Position numbers and translations under genes: made by a program
The notes under the pieces: generated by a model
Database searches by the model: none
What the model was told of the DNA's origin: nothing
The model's input: the letters and a program-made list of their open reading frames with translations, nothing else
DNA from: Spirochaetota bacterium
GTDB taxonomy: Bacteria > Spirochaetota > UBA4802 > JAFGDQ01
NCBI GenBank assembly: GCA_016932015.1
Contig: JAFGDQ010000066.1
Span: forward strand, 23,617 to 87,616
Direction of reading: 5' to 3'
DNA length: 64,000 nt
Shown here: positions 20,480-30,310 of the stretch, one piece after another
Layout: the number at the start of each line of letters is the position of its first letter
Position numbering within the stretch: the stretch's first letter is position 1

Positions 20480-23400
20480 TCAGGACTCTGATTCCCCGAC
20501 GGCGTCCAGTACTTTGCGGACAGTGTCTGATAAATCCTGTATATTTAAGGGCTTCATCATAAGCTCGCTTATGCCTGAGGCTATGAGAGTATCAGGTGTA
20601 ATATCCTCGCTGAATCCTGTGCAAAGGATTACCGGAATATTTTCACGGATTTGCTTTATTTCAGATGCCAAAACCAGGCCGGTCATGCCCGGCATTGTCT
20701 GGTCTGTAATAACAAGTTTATAGAGGTCAGGACAGGATCTGAATGCATTCAATGCGTCCGTACTGTTTGTCTGTATATCTACCTCGTAACCCAGGTTGTT
20801 GAGCATTTCCTTCGCCAGCTCGGCAATAAGCGGTTCATCATCTACGTAGAGAATATGTTCATTACCTTTTGACAGACCCGGAACTTCAGAGACTGTTTCC
20901 TGTAATATTGCATTTTGAATTAACGGAAGATAAACAGAAAAAGCGGAGCCTTCATTTATCCGGCTTTCAATATGTATATCTCCTTCATGCTTTTTAATAA
21001 TACCGTAAGCAACTGACAGGCCGAGACCTGTTCCTTCTCCTTTTTCTTTTGTAGTAAAGAAAGGATCAAAGATCTTGTCAATAATTTCAGGTGAAATACC
21101 GTGCCCTGTGTCAGCGACCCTGAGTACCAGGTATTCACCCGGAGAAATCCCCAAATCAGGATTCAGGTTGTTTGCCTGAATACTTTTATTACTGAGTGTA
21201 ATTGAAAGTGTGCCTCCGTTTTTTTTCATGGCGTAGGCCGCGTTTGTACAGAGGTTCATAATGACCTGATGTATCTGGGTCTCATCCGCATTTACAATGT
21301 CATTATCAGCTTTGTTCGTCGTGATAATATCAATAGTTGAGGGTATTGAAGGACGAAGCAGCTTAAGTGATTCATTCACAAGATTCCCGATTGAGGATGG
21401 CTGCATTTCGATTTTATTTTTTCTGCTTAGTGTAAGGATCTGATGCACAAGGTCCGCAGCGCGTTTTCCCGCGGAAAGGATATGACTGAGGTATTCCTTT
21501 AATTTTTCGTCTTTCTGAATATGTCGAAGTGCAATTTCAGCATATCCGGTAATACCGGTCAGTATGTTGTTGAAGTCATGAGCTATTCCCCCTGCCAGTG
21601 TTCCGATAGCCTCTATCTTCTGGGAATTGCGGATATGTTCCTGATAACGGTCCCGTTCCTCTTCCGCTTTTTTGAGTTTTGTAATATCAGCTCCAAAGGC
21701 GCTAACTCCGGAAATCATGCCGTTGTCATCTGTAAAAGGGTAGGCAATTATATAATGATATCTGTTATTTTCGTATAATTCGGTTTCTTTCTTTTCACCG
21801 GACTGCATTACGAGTCTGTCATGGGACATGTAAATTTCAGCTCTTTCCCGATCGTATATATCTATGTCCGTTTTACCCAGTACTTCTTCACGTCTGAAAC
21901 CGCTTCCTTTTTCCCATTCCCGGTTAACCAGAAGATAGCGGCCTTCTTTATCCTTTACACAGAATCCTGCAGAACTGTGTTCGATAAGAGTTGACAAAAA
22001 CTGGCGGTTATTTTTTAATTCGTCCTCGATTTTTTTTCTTTCGGTAACATCATCAAAAAGGGCTATTGCCATTTCCCCTATAAAAGCTATTCTAATTTCC
22101 GCTTCAATGGTTTTCCCGTTTTTAGTGATTATCTGCTGAGGGATCCATTCCGTAATGGATTCCTCCGGAGTTTTGAAAGACGGCCCTTTCTGAAAATACT
22201 GAAGGATAATTTCTTTCCTGAATTTGTCTGCTTCAGGCAGACCTTTTGTCAGCATGTCTTCAAGTGCCGGCAGTTCTTCCCTGGTGTAGCCGAACAGCTT
22301 TACAAAGGGTTTATTAACATATTCCGTTGAAAATTTTCTGAAAAGGCTTACTGCAATCGGCATTTCATCAAGGATAAGTCTTAGCAGTTCTTCGTTTTTA
22401 TTAAGCTCATTATAGGAATAGGCAAGCTCTTCATTCTGTGCTTCGAATTCCTCGTTTGTCGCTTCTAACTCCTCCATGGTTGCCTGCAGTTCCTCATTCG
22501 TAGCTTCAAGCTCTTCCATAGTCGCGCGTAGTTCTTTGTTCGCAGCATTAAGTTCTGTATTTTTTTTTATGAGCTCGGATTCTGTTGTATCCAGGCTTTT
22601 CCTTATTCCGTGATACCGGTCAAACAGGCCGAAGGAAAAGAAGAATATCTGAAAACTGAAACCTGCCTGCCAGCTCCACTGGGTGAATAAAGTTATTGGC
22701 AGAATGTCGAAGTTTTTAAGAATAGAAATTATTGCGCCTGTAATTCCGCATAAAAATCCAATAGAAAGATAATAAGCCTGACGTGATTTTTTCAGAGCCA
22801 TTTGAAAAAGAATAGCTATAAAACAGATAAAAAGAAAAATGCTTACAATCTGAATCGCGATTTTATAGTACATCAGCCAGGTTCTGTTCAGAAACAAAGG
22901 GAGTACAGTGGTGGGAACCAAGGGAATGATTATAAGTTTTTTTATCACAAAGTCCTGTTTTGGAAATTTTTCCGCAGTGTCGAAAAAGAATTTCATAAAA
23001 AGAAAAATCAATACATATTGCAGGGAAAGTAAGGAATATGTACTATGTGTCTGCCACCAGGGCAGTTCAGGCCATATGTACCGGAAGGACAGTCCATTAA
23101 TATTCAGGAAAAGGAGAATGCAGCCGAGAATATAAAGCGCAAAGAACAGAAAAGCTTTTTCCCTTAGAGTAAAGAAAGCTGCTGTTGAATAAATAAAAAC
23201 AGTGAATAATAATCCGTAAAACATCCATAGAAAAGGCAGCTCCTCCAGCAACCGGGAATGGAAGCTTTCATCGGAGTGTATGGTGACGTTAAATTTCAGT
23301 GAGTCAGTAGCGTAAATTCTGAAATAACATGCCGCGGTTTCAATAGTGTCCTGTATATAAAATATAAAATTATTATGCTGTATATCCCGCGAAGAGAACG

Positions 23401-23782
23401 GGAAAGATGTCCCTGTGTGTATTTCGCTTAACGGTTTGCCAGGGATATCAAGGTAAAAAGATATTTCTTCAAAACGGTTGTTTCCTATTTCGAGATAAAC
23501 AGGATGTTCAGATCGTCCGGCATATCTGTAAGTAAAACGGAACCAGTACGGTTTTGTGCTGTACCCGAGGTCAATAGCATTGTTCGTGTTTTTTGACCAT
23601 TCCCTGTCATTTTTTATAATGTCGTCAATTCCGGATAGGCCCGGATCATCTTCGATGTATTCAATTGATTCGCCTATATCCAGAAGTGTGAGGTCATCAG
23701 GGATTATAAGGGTCGGTGCAGCTGCAAAGCAGGGTGCTATTGATAGAAAAATCAATGCTGTGAACGCTATAATATTTCTCAT
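20480..23782 (-). CDS. hybrid sensor histidine kinase, 7TMR-DISM-type
   Basis: Signal peptide plus extracellular domain, 7 TM helices, coiled-coil heptad run, PAS domains, HisKA, HATPase_c and C-terminal REC with the conserved DQTMPGMTG motif. Confidence 0.85.
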   Translation of the reverse strand: MRNIIAFTALIFLSIAPCFAAAPTLIIPDDLTLLDIGESIEYIEDDPGLSGIDDIIKNDREWSKNTNNAIDLGYSTKPYWFRFTYRYAGRSEHPVYLEIGNNRFEEISFYLDIPGKPLSEIHTGTSFPFSSRDIQHNNFIFYIQDTIETAACYFRIYATDSLKFNVTIHSDESFHSRLLEELPFLWMFYGLLFTVFIYSTAAFFTLREKAFLFFALYILGCILLFLNINGLSFRYIWPELPWWQTHSTYSLLSLQYVLIFLFMKFFFDTAEKFPKQDFVIKKLIIIPLVPTTVLPLFLNRTWLMYYKIAIQIVSIFLFICFIAILFQMALKKSRQAYYLSIGFLCGITGAIISILKNFDILPITLFTQWSWQAGFSFQIFFFSFGLFDRYHGIRKSLDTTESELIKKNTELNAANKELRATMEELEATNEELQATMEELEATNEEFEAQNEELAYSYNELNKNEELLRLILDEMPIAVSLFRKFSTEYVNKPFVKLFGYTREELPALEDMLTKGLPEADKFRKEIILQYFQKGPSFKTPEESITEWIPQQIITKNGKTIEAEIRIAFIGEMAIALFDDVTERKKIEDELKNNRQFLSTLIEHSSAGFCVKDKEGRYLLVNREWEKGSGFRREEVLGKTDIDIYDRERAEIYMSHDRLVMQSGEKKETELYENNRYHYIIAYPFTDDNGMISGVSAFGADITKLKKAEEERDRYQEHIRNSQKIEAIGTLAGGIAHDFNNILTGITGYAEIALRHIQKDEKLKEYLSHILSAGKRAADLVHQILTLSRKNKIEMQPSSIGNLVNESLKLLRPSIPSTIDIITTNKADNDIVNADETQIHQVIMNLCTNAAYAMKKNGGTLSITLSNKSIQANNLNPDLGISPGEYLVLRVADTGHGISPEIIDKIFDPFFTTKEKGEGTGLGLSVAYGIIKKHEGDIHIESRINEGSAFSVYLPLIQNAILQETVSEVPGLSKGNEHILYVDDEPLIAELAKEMLNNLGYEVDIQTNSTDALNAFRSCPDLYKLVITDQTMPGMTGLVLASEIKQIRENIPVILCTGFSEDITPDTLIASGISELMMKPLNIQDLSDTVRKVLDAVGESES
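22424..22540. repeat. in-frame tandem 21-nt heptad repeats in the kinase gene ([34 protein letters not shown])
   Basis: Five consecutive near-identical heptads at protein level, and near-identical 21-nt units at DNA level. Confidence 0.7.
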
Positions 23783-24114
23783 GCTTTACCTGTTCACATT
23801 AAAGCGGATATGAACTTTCTTTTTTAATGGTGATTTTGACTTTTTATGTTTTATGATATTTTTATGGCGTAACAACATATTGTATATAAGAAACAGCTGT
23901 CAGTCAAGACAATTAGTGCAGGAGAAAACATCTCAATCATAAGCTGAATCCGCCGCTTTACGGCTGCAAAACAATAAAAGAATTAACATGATACGGTCCT
24001 GTGATTCAGGAAGGCGACATGTTCCGGGACAGGACTGAAGATTGGATTGAAAGGCAGAAAAAACTTCCGGGTGCAGGACTGCTGAATAATTGATCTTCCT
24101 GAAACAAAAAAGGA

Positions 24115-24150
24115 CAGCATTTAGCTGTCCTTTTTTGTTAAATAAAAGAA
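24115..24150. terminator. bidirectional rho-independent terminator
   Basis: AAAAAAGGACAGC-ATTTA-GCTGTCCTTTTTT. Perfect 8-bp GC-containing stem flanked by A6 and T6. Directly downstream of the folD-like gene. Confidence 0.75.
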
Positions 24151-24161
24151 ATGTAATTTTC

Positions 24162-25520
24162 CTATTTCATAAGTGAAGGAAGTATCGCTTCAAGAGCATC
24201 AACTGCGTGACAGGGATGAGTGTCCGCGTTTATTGCCCTGTTGTAAAGAGCTTCAGCGTTAGCTGCCGCTTCGGGTTCGGCGCTTCCCGCGTATTCAGCC
24301 AGAAGCTTGCTGAAAGTTGAAAGAACAAGAGACTTGTTGTCTTCAAGAGCTTTTCTTACGCTCGCAACATTCTGATAAAGCATTCCTTTCCAGCCCTGGT
24401 AAACAAGCTTTGTTACTGTAGCAGGCCCTACTCCGCCTGTCTCAAGTGTGAACGCGCAGGCTTTTGAACGTGCGGAAGGCTCAATGTCTCCGTAAGGCTT
24501 TTTGCCGTCTTTTCTGAAAGAAGTGGAAGCGTCGATTATGAGAACGCCGTCTTTAAGCATATCCGCGTTGAAGAAATATTCCGTATCAGGATGAACATTG
24601 TAAGGATGGAAACCCATACAGCTAAAAACAATGTCAGCTCTTTGTGAAAGTTCGGTATAAACTCTGTGCTGTGTTTCTTTGTCGCTTTTGCCGCCTGAGC
24701 CGTTTCTTGTATGCAGAGGCCCGAGTACTGTAGCGTCAAAACATTTCAGCATATTGCATAGAGGCTCGCCTACGATAGCGCTCCTTCCCGCTATCAGGAC
24801 TTCGTATCCGCCGAAGCTTGCGATTCCGTCCGGCCTCATTTTTGCGCCTTTGTTACGCACAAGATAAACACTCGCGAGATCAAGCATCCCGCTTGGAGTA
24901 CAGCAGTCAAAATAACGGTCAGCAGCGAGAGACATTAAACCAAGTGTCACCTGGTTAAGGCCGTCACCGTCTTTTGAAATGTGTATGCGGTTGCAGAGTT
25001 CTGTTGTGTCAATATCCTCACCGGCTTTTCCGCCGAAAGGAAGCTGGAACATAAGAATGGAAATAGTGTTGTCCTTGTTCCATTTGTCGAGGTTTGCGTA
25101 CATTTCCTTTGCAGTAATTGTTGAAGGAAATTCTTCAACCATACTGGACAATCCTGAAAGTTTTGTTGTTGCCGCTTTCATTCCTACGTAACTTCTTGAT
25201 GCTGCAACTTTAGGATCGTCTTTGTCTCCTACCAGTACTGTCAGTACTTTAAAATCAGCAGGATTAATGTCTTTTAATGCCTTCAACTCTTTCAGGAAAT
25301 CTGAACGTTTCTTTAATTCAGGGATAATAACTTCCTGATATCCTTTGGGATATTTCTGTTCTTTATTTACTACGCCGGAACCGTTGATAACATTAGTGTA
25401 ATCCTCGTCTCTGAACGGACGTGAAATCAGATGATGAAATTCATCCTGTGCAAATAACCAGTGATTTAATCCCCCTATACGGGAACTGTACTCTCTGTAA
25501 GCCATGTCATTGACCTCCAA
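24162..25520 (-). CDS. FolD-family methylenetetrahydrofolate dehydrogenase/cyclohydrolase-like protein, extended
   Basis: Core resembles FolD (VLVGDKDDP..., Rossmann GRSAIVGEP, C-terminal ETGGVGPATV). At 452 aa it is much longer than canonical FolD, with an ~85-aa N-terminal extension and insertions. Confidence 0.55.
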   Translation of the reverse strand: MEVNDMAYREYSSRIGGLNHWLFAQDEFHHLISRPFRDEDYTNVINGSGVVNKEQKYPKGYQEVIIPELKKRSDFLKELKALKDINPADFKVLTVLVGDKDDPKVAASRSYVGMKAATTKLSGLSSMVEEFPSTITAKEMYANLDKWNKDNTISILMFQLPFGGKAGEDIDTTELCNRIHISKDGDGLNQVTLGLMSLAADRYFDCCTPSGMLDLASVYLVRNKGAKMRPDGIASFGGYEVLIAGRSAIVGEPLCNMLKCFDATVLGPLHTRNGSGGKSDKETQHRVYTELSQRADIVFSCMGFHPYNVHPDTEYFFNADMLKDGVLIIDASTSFRKDGKKPYGDIEPSARSKACAFTLETGGVGPATVTKLVYQGWKGMLYQNVASVRKALEDNKSLVLSTFSKLLAEYAGSAEPEAAANAEALYNRAINADTHPCHAVDALEAILPSLMK

Positions 25521-25904
25521 TTATTTAATAATATTTTTCATGGAAAAAGTTAATATACATAGATCATAAAAAAATCAGTACTTGTTTTAATTTATATTTA
25601 TTATTGCATTTTGCAATTATATATATATTTAACAGCTTATTAATGTGATTAAAAATGTCCTGTGCATGGTTGTCATTTCTTTTTTTAAAAATTTTGCAGG
25701 AAATCCGGTAATCCGGAAAATTTATACGATATTTCATTATTTTAATACCCTGTTATAAGGAAATTCAGATTATAATATTTGATTTGATGCCCTTCAGCTG
25801 GTTTCTCCAAATTGTCATTGACAAAATTATTTTACAAATTTTGACTGTTGTAAGTATTTATTAAATGTTTTTTTCAGGTAAATAATCCGGAATTTATTCC
25901 ATAT

Positions 25905-26210
25905 AAATACATAGTGTGCAGATGCTCCTGAAACAGGAGTAAAAAAGGGAAGCCCGTGAAAGCCGGGCACGGGCCCGCCGCTGTAACCGGGGACGAAAAC
26001 CGCAAAATACTTTTGATCCTTCAGGATCAAAAGTATTAAGGCACTGTCTGTCGATGAAGACCGATGGGAATGCGCGGTAATTAGATTGATCCGGAAGTCA
26101 GAAGACCTTTCTGTACAATAACACCCGGGTTCGGAGATAAAACCTGTGTGAGATGAATCGCGGATAAGAAAAGGGAATCCCGGGCACGAGCATGTTCGGG
26201 ATTTTTTTAT
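25905..26210 (+). promoter_or_regulatory. cobalamin (AdoCbl) riboswitch with intrinsic terminator
   Basis: Aptamer consensus AAAAAGGGAAGCCCGTGAAAGCCGGGCACGGGCCCGCCGCTGTAACCGGGG and B12-box GGCACTG. Terminator hairpin plus T7 at 26173-26210, about 135 bp before the cbiA start. Confidence 0.8.
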
Positions 26211-26344
26211 TAATACAGTTTGCGTATGCAGTAAATTGATTTTTGAATACAGACGATCCGGGAAACGGAGGACTGACTCATGCTAAAAAATTTAGCATAA
26301 GACAGCCCTACCGGGAAGCAGAGAAAGATACGTAAAGGCGGTAT

Positions 26345-27700
26345 ATGAAAGCAATTGTAATAGCCGGAATTCAGAGCGGTACCGGGAAAACAACAGTAAG
26401 CATGGCAGTGATGCGGTGTCTGAAAAACAGAGGCAGGAATGTTGCTCCGTTTAAAACCGGGCCGGATTATATAGATCCCAAGTTTCACAAATTTATCACA
26501 GGCAATTCTTCATATAATCTTGACTCCTGGATGCTCGATGAAAATACTCTGAAATACCTTTTCCGGAAAAACAGCATGAATAAAGACATTGCTGTAGCTG
26601 AAGGAGTGATGGGGCTTTTTGACGGCAGCGGCACGGATGGCACAGGCAGTACTGCTCATCTGGCAAAAATACTCGGTGTTCCGGTAGTGCTTGTAGTTAA
26701 TGCTTCAGGTATGTCGGAAAGCGCGGCAGCAATGGTAATGGGCTATCGGGATTATGACAGAGATGTTGATCTTCGCGGTGTTATTTTTAACCGTGTATCC
26801 GGAGAGAGCCATTACTCTTTTCTTAAAAAAGCGGTAGAAAGAGATACAGGAGTCAAATGCCTGGGATATCTTGCTAAGAATGAAGAGATTAAACTCAGGA
26901 GCCGGCATCTGGGTTTAATTCCTGTTGAAGAGCTTGATGAACTTGAAGAGCAGGCTGATGCTTTGTCTGTTTCAGCTGAAGAGACAATAGACATTGACGG
27001 TATTGAAGAAATAGCAGAGATAAATGATCCGGAGAATAACATAAACGGGATATGTTTTCCTGAAGACGCAGGTAAAGGCCTCAAAATAGGAATGGCAATG
27101 GATGAGGCATTTAACTTTTATTATATGGACAATCTGAATCTGATGAAGGAAAGCGGAATTGACGTGGTTGAGTTCAGTCCGCTGAATGATGAGAAGCTTC
27201 CTGAAAATATTGACGGGCTTTATATTGGAGGCGGATTTCCTGAAGTATTCACGGAAAAAATTGCAGCAAATGTATCTATGAGAGAGGAGATAAAACAGAA
27301 AGCTCTGGCCGGGATGCCGGTTTATGCTGAATGCGGCGGCCTTATGTATCTAAGTACAGGTATTATACCTGAAGACGGGAAGTTTTATCCTGCGGTTGAT
27401 TTCTTCAAATGCAAAACAAGGATGACAAAAAGACTTCAGCGTTTCGGATATATTGAAGTGGAATACAATGGAATAATTACAAAGGCGCATGAGTTTCATC
27501 ATACTGTGCTTGAAGATGCTGATGAGACTGATTTTAATTACGCGTATTCAGTGAGAAATATTAATCGCGGCAGAGAATGGAAATGCGGACTTGTTAAAAG
27601 GAATGTACTGGCAGGTTATCCGCATATTCATTTTTACTCCAACCCGGAATTTTACGGGGAAATAATATCTCTTTTCAGAAAAGGAAAAGCTGACAGATAA
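26345..27700 (+). CDS. cbiA: cobyrinate a,c-diamide synthase
   Basis: N-terminal P-loop ATPase (IAGIQSGTGKTT), C-terminal GATase-like domain (ECGGLMYL). Confidence 0.88.
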   Translation: MKAIVIAGIQSGTGKTTVSMAVMRCLKNRGRNVAPFKTGPDYIDPKFHKFITGNSSYNLDSWMLDENTLKYLFRKNSMNKDIAVAEGVMGLFDGSGTDGTGSTAHLAKILGVPVVLVVNASGMSESAAAMVMGYRDYDRDVDLRGVIFNRVSGESHYSFLKKAVERDTGVKCLGYLAKNEEIKLRSRHLGLIPVEELDELEEQADALSVSAEETIDIDGIEEIAEINDPENNINGICFPEDAGKGLKIGMAMDEAFNFYYMDNLNLMKESGIDVVEFSPLNDEKLPENIDGLYIGGGFPEVFTEKIAANVSMREEIKQKALAGMPVYAECGGLMYLSTGIIPEDGKFYPAVDFFKCKTRMTKRLQRFGYIEVEYNGIITKAHEFHHTVLEDADETDFNYAYSVRNINRGREWKCGLVKRNVLAGYPHIHFYSNPEFYGEIISLFRKGKADR

Positions 27701-27723
27701 TATTTAATCAGGTAAAATTAAAA

Positions 27724-28284
27724 ATGAGCATGATCAGGTTTATTACAGGCGGAGCAAGAAGCGGCAAGAGCAGGTTTGCTGAAGACTTCCTGAAGAATGA
27801 AGATAATGTTATTTATATAGCAACAGGTATTGCGTTTGACGATGAGATGAAGGACAGGATCGCGAAGCATCAGGAGTCGCGCAACAGCAAATGGATCACT
27901 TTAGAGGCTTATAAGGGATTTAAAGAGATATTAAAGGATAAGCTTGCTGACAGGGAATTTATGCTTCTTGATTGTGTTACAATAATGGTGACCAATCTCA
28001 TGATTCTTGAAAAGAATATTGACTGGGACAAAATTGATCCTGATGAAGTTAATAAAATCGAAAAAACCATACAGGATGAAGTGCTCGGTTTTATGGATGC
28101 CGCAAAGAATTTTTCCGGTCAGACAATTATTGTATCAAATGAACTGGGAATGGGAATTGTCCCGCCGACCCCTGTTGGCAGGCATTACAGAGATATAGCG
28201 GGCAGGATGAATCAGATCATTGCCGGTATAGCGGACGAAGTATATTTTGTTGTGTCCGGGATTCCGGTGAAAATAAAAGGTTAA
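27724..28284 (+). CDS. cobU: adenosylcobinamide kinase / adenosylcobinamide-phosphate guanylyltransferase
   Basis: 186 aa. P-loop GGARSGKS. CobU/CobP family. Confidence 0.85.
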   Translation: MSMIRFITGGARSGKSRFAEDFLKNEDNVIYIATGIAFDDEMKDRIAKHQESRNSKWITLEAYKGFKEILKDKLADREFMLLDCVTIMVTNLMILEKNIDWDKIDPDEVNKIEKTIQDEVLGFMDAAKNFSGQTIIVSNELGMGIVPPTPVGRHYRDIAGRMNQIIAGIADEVYFVVSGIPVKIKG

Positions 28285-28286
28285 TA

Positions 28287-28817
28287 ATGGAAAAAGGCCT
28301 TGTACAGATTTATACCGGGAACGGTAAAGGCAAAACTACAGCTGCCGTAGGACTGGCCTTAAGAGCTGCGGGAAGAAACCTTAAAGTAATTATTGTTCAG
28401 TTTCTGAAACATCCGGATACAGGTGAAGTTATGTGTCTTACTGATAAAATTCCGGAAATTGAAATACACAGGTTCAATTCACAGACTAAATTTATCCGTG
28501 TAATGAATGATGAGGAACTGGATAAGTTAAAAAAAGAAACAGAATCAGGCCTGGATTTAACCAGAAAAATAATTACTGAAAATAAATGTGATGTTCTTAT
28601 TCTGGATGAATGTATGGGAGTTGTCAATAACGGTTTTATATCTGTAAAGGATTTTATTGAATTGATTAAGTCGAGGCCGGAAACTATGGAAATAGTGCTT
28701 ACAGGCCGGGACGCTGATCCGGAACTGGTTGAAATCGCTGACCTGGTAACCGAGATGACAAAAATCAAGCATCCCTATGACCTGGGAATCGCTGCAAGGA
28801 CGGGAATTGAAAAATGA
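28287..28817 (+). CDS. cobO: cob(I)yrinic acid a,c-diamide adenosyltransferase
   Basis: 176 aa. GNGKGKTTAA P-loop, typical of the CobA/CobO/BtuR family. Confidence 0.85.
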   Translation: MEKGLVQIYTGNGKGKTTAAVGLALRAAGRNLKVIIVQFLKHPDTGEVMCLTDKIPEIEIHRFNSQTKFIRVMNDEELDKLKKETESGLDLTRKIITENKCDVLILDECMGVVNNGFISVKDFIELIKSRPETMEIVLTGRDADPELVEIADLVTEMTKIKHPYDLGIAARTGIEK

Positions 28818-29572
28818 TAAAAGGATTTTTACTTCAGCTGCAGTTTCTTACCCGTATTCCTGTCCCGTCAAAAATAAAATTTGAAGAAAGAGCCTTTGCA
28901 AGGGGAATTGTTTTTGCACCTGTTATCGGGTTGATAATCGGCCTTGTTATGGCAGGAATATATTATGCTGTATTTTATTTGACTTCAAAACAGCTGCCTG
29001 CCCTTATCCTGGCTGTTATCTTCGAAATTCTCATTACCGGCGGCCTTCATCTTGACGGCCTTGCAGACACATTTGACGCGATTTTCAGCAACCGTTCCAG
29101 GGAGCGGATCATTGAGATTATGAAAGACTCCCGCATAGGCACAACAGGCGCGCTTGCTTTGATCATGGTTATAATAAGCAAGCCTGGACTGCTTGTCTCT
29201 TTTGACAGTTCCAGTATACTGAAATGTTTACTGATTATGCCTGTTGTATCCAGAATGAATATTGTATGGGCTGCGGGTATAACATCGTATGCAAAAAAAG
29301 ACGGTCTGGGACTCGGTATTGTAAAGACTACCGGCATGAAAGAGGTCATAATCGCTAGTGTAATTGCTGTTGGCGTAAGTGTGTATTTTCTGAAATTCGC
29401 AGCACTGGCAGTATTCCCGGCTGCTGTTCTTTTCGTATTTTTATTTGTCAGCTATGTTAAGAAAAAGATAGGCGGAATTACAGGTGATATTATTGGCGCT
29501 GTTATTGAATTGACTGAAATTGTTGTTCTTTTTACTCTGTTATTTTTTGAAGCAGGGATAAAATTATTATAA
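28814..29572 (+). CDS. cobS: adenosylcobinamide-GDP ribazoletransferase (cobalamin synthase)
   Basis: 252 aa polytopic membrane protein. LQFLTRIPV N-terminal motif. Overlaps the cobO stop. Confidence 0.85.
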   Translation: MIKGFLLQLQFLTRIPVPSKIKFEERAFARGIVFAPVIGLIIGLVMAGIYYAVFYLTSKQLPALILAVIFEILITGGLHLDGLADTFDAIFSNRSRERIIEIMKDSRIGTTGALALIMVIISKPGLLVSFDSSSILKCLLIMPVVSRMNIVWAAGITSYAKKDGLGLGIVKTTGMKEVIIASVIAVGVSVYFLKFAALAVFPAAVLFVFLFVSYVKKKIGGITGDIIGAVIELTEIVVLFTLLFFEAGIKLL

Positions 29573-29636
29573 ATATTTTTCTGCGGGGGCGAATAATTAT
29601 TCGAACTTACGGGCAGAATTTTTACAGGATTAAAAT

Positions 29637-30239
29637 ATGGCTGAAATTTTGCTGATCAGACACGGGGAAACGGACTACAATAAAAACGGAAAGTTCGGCG
29701 GAAAGTCTGATATTGATTTAAATAAACAGGGCAGGGAACAGGCCCGTTTTCTGTCCGAATATTTGAAGGATGAAAAAATCGATCATTTCTATTCCAGCGA
29801 TTTAAAGAGATGCGTTAACACAGGTGATAGTATAATATGTTCCGGTGAAAAGATTTACTGCAAAGATTTCCGGGAAATGAGCTTCGGTAACTGGGAAGGA
29901 ATGACATATGATGAGATTAAAGAGAAGCATCCTTTTGAACTGGAGGAGTGGGAAAACGACTGGATTTACAAGATGGTTCCGGGCGGTGAAAGCTTTACTG
30001 ATATGAGCACCAGGGTGATAAGCCGGTTCGAGGAAATACTTGGTAAGCATATTGACAGTGCAGACAGGATTGCTCTCGTTACACACAGCGGGTGCATCAG
30101 GGCAATACTCGGGCATTACATTGCAGGCTCTTTGAAGAACTGCTGGAAATTCCACATTGATAATGCGTCTGTCTCAAGATTGAAATGTTCGGGTGACTAC
30201 GTTTATTTAAAGTCATTAAATGAAAAAAGATACAATTAG
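29637..30239 (+). CDS. cobC: alpha-ribazole phosphatase (histidine phosphatase family)
   Basis: RHGETDYN phosphohistidine motif. 200 aa. Position in cob operon. Confidence 0.78.
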   Translation: MAEILLIRHGETDYNKNGKFGGKSDIDLNKQGREQARFLSEYLKDEKIDHFYSSDLKRCVNTGDSIICSGEKIYCKDFREMSFGNWEGMTYDEIKEKHPFELEEWENDWIYKMVPGGESFTDMSTRVISRFEEILGKHIDSADRIALVTHSGCIRAILGHYIAGSLKNCWKFHIDNASVSRLKCSGDYVYLKSLNEKRYN

Positions 30240-30310
30240 GAATTTGTTTTTATTATACAACTTCCGGTTGATAAAACATATATTAGAGGATTCAGAGTCA
30301 GGGTTTAAAT

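Noticed and set aside
26210-26488. 92-aa minus-strand ORF overlapping the riboswitch terminator and the cbiA start
   Set aside because: Antisense to a well-supported gene start and regulatory RNA. No conserved features. Typical shadow ORF.
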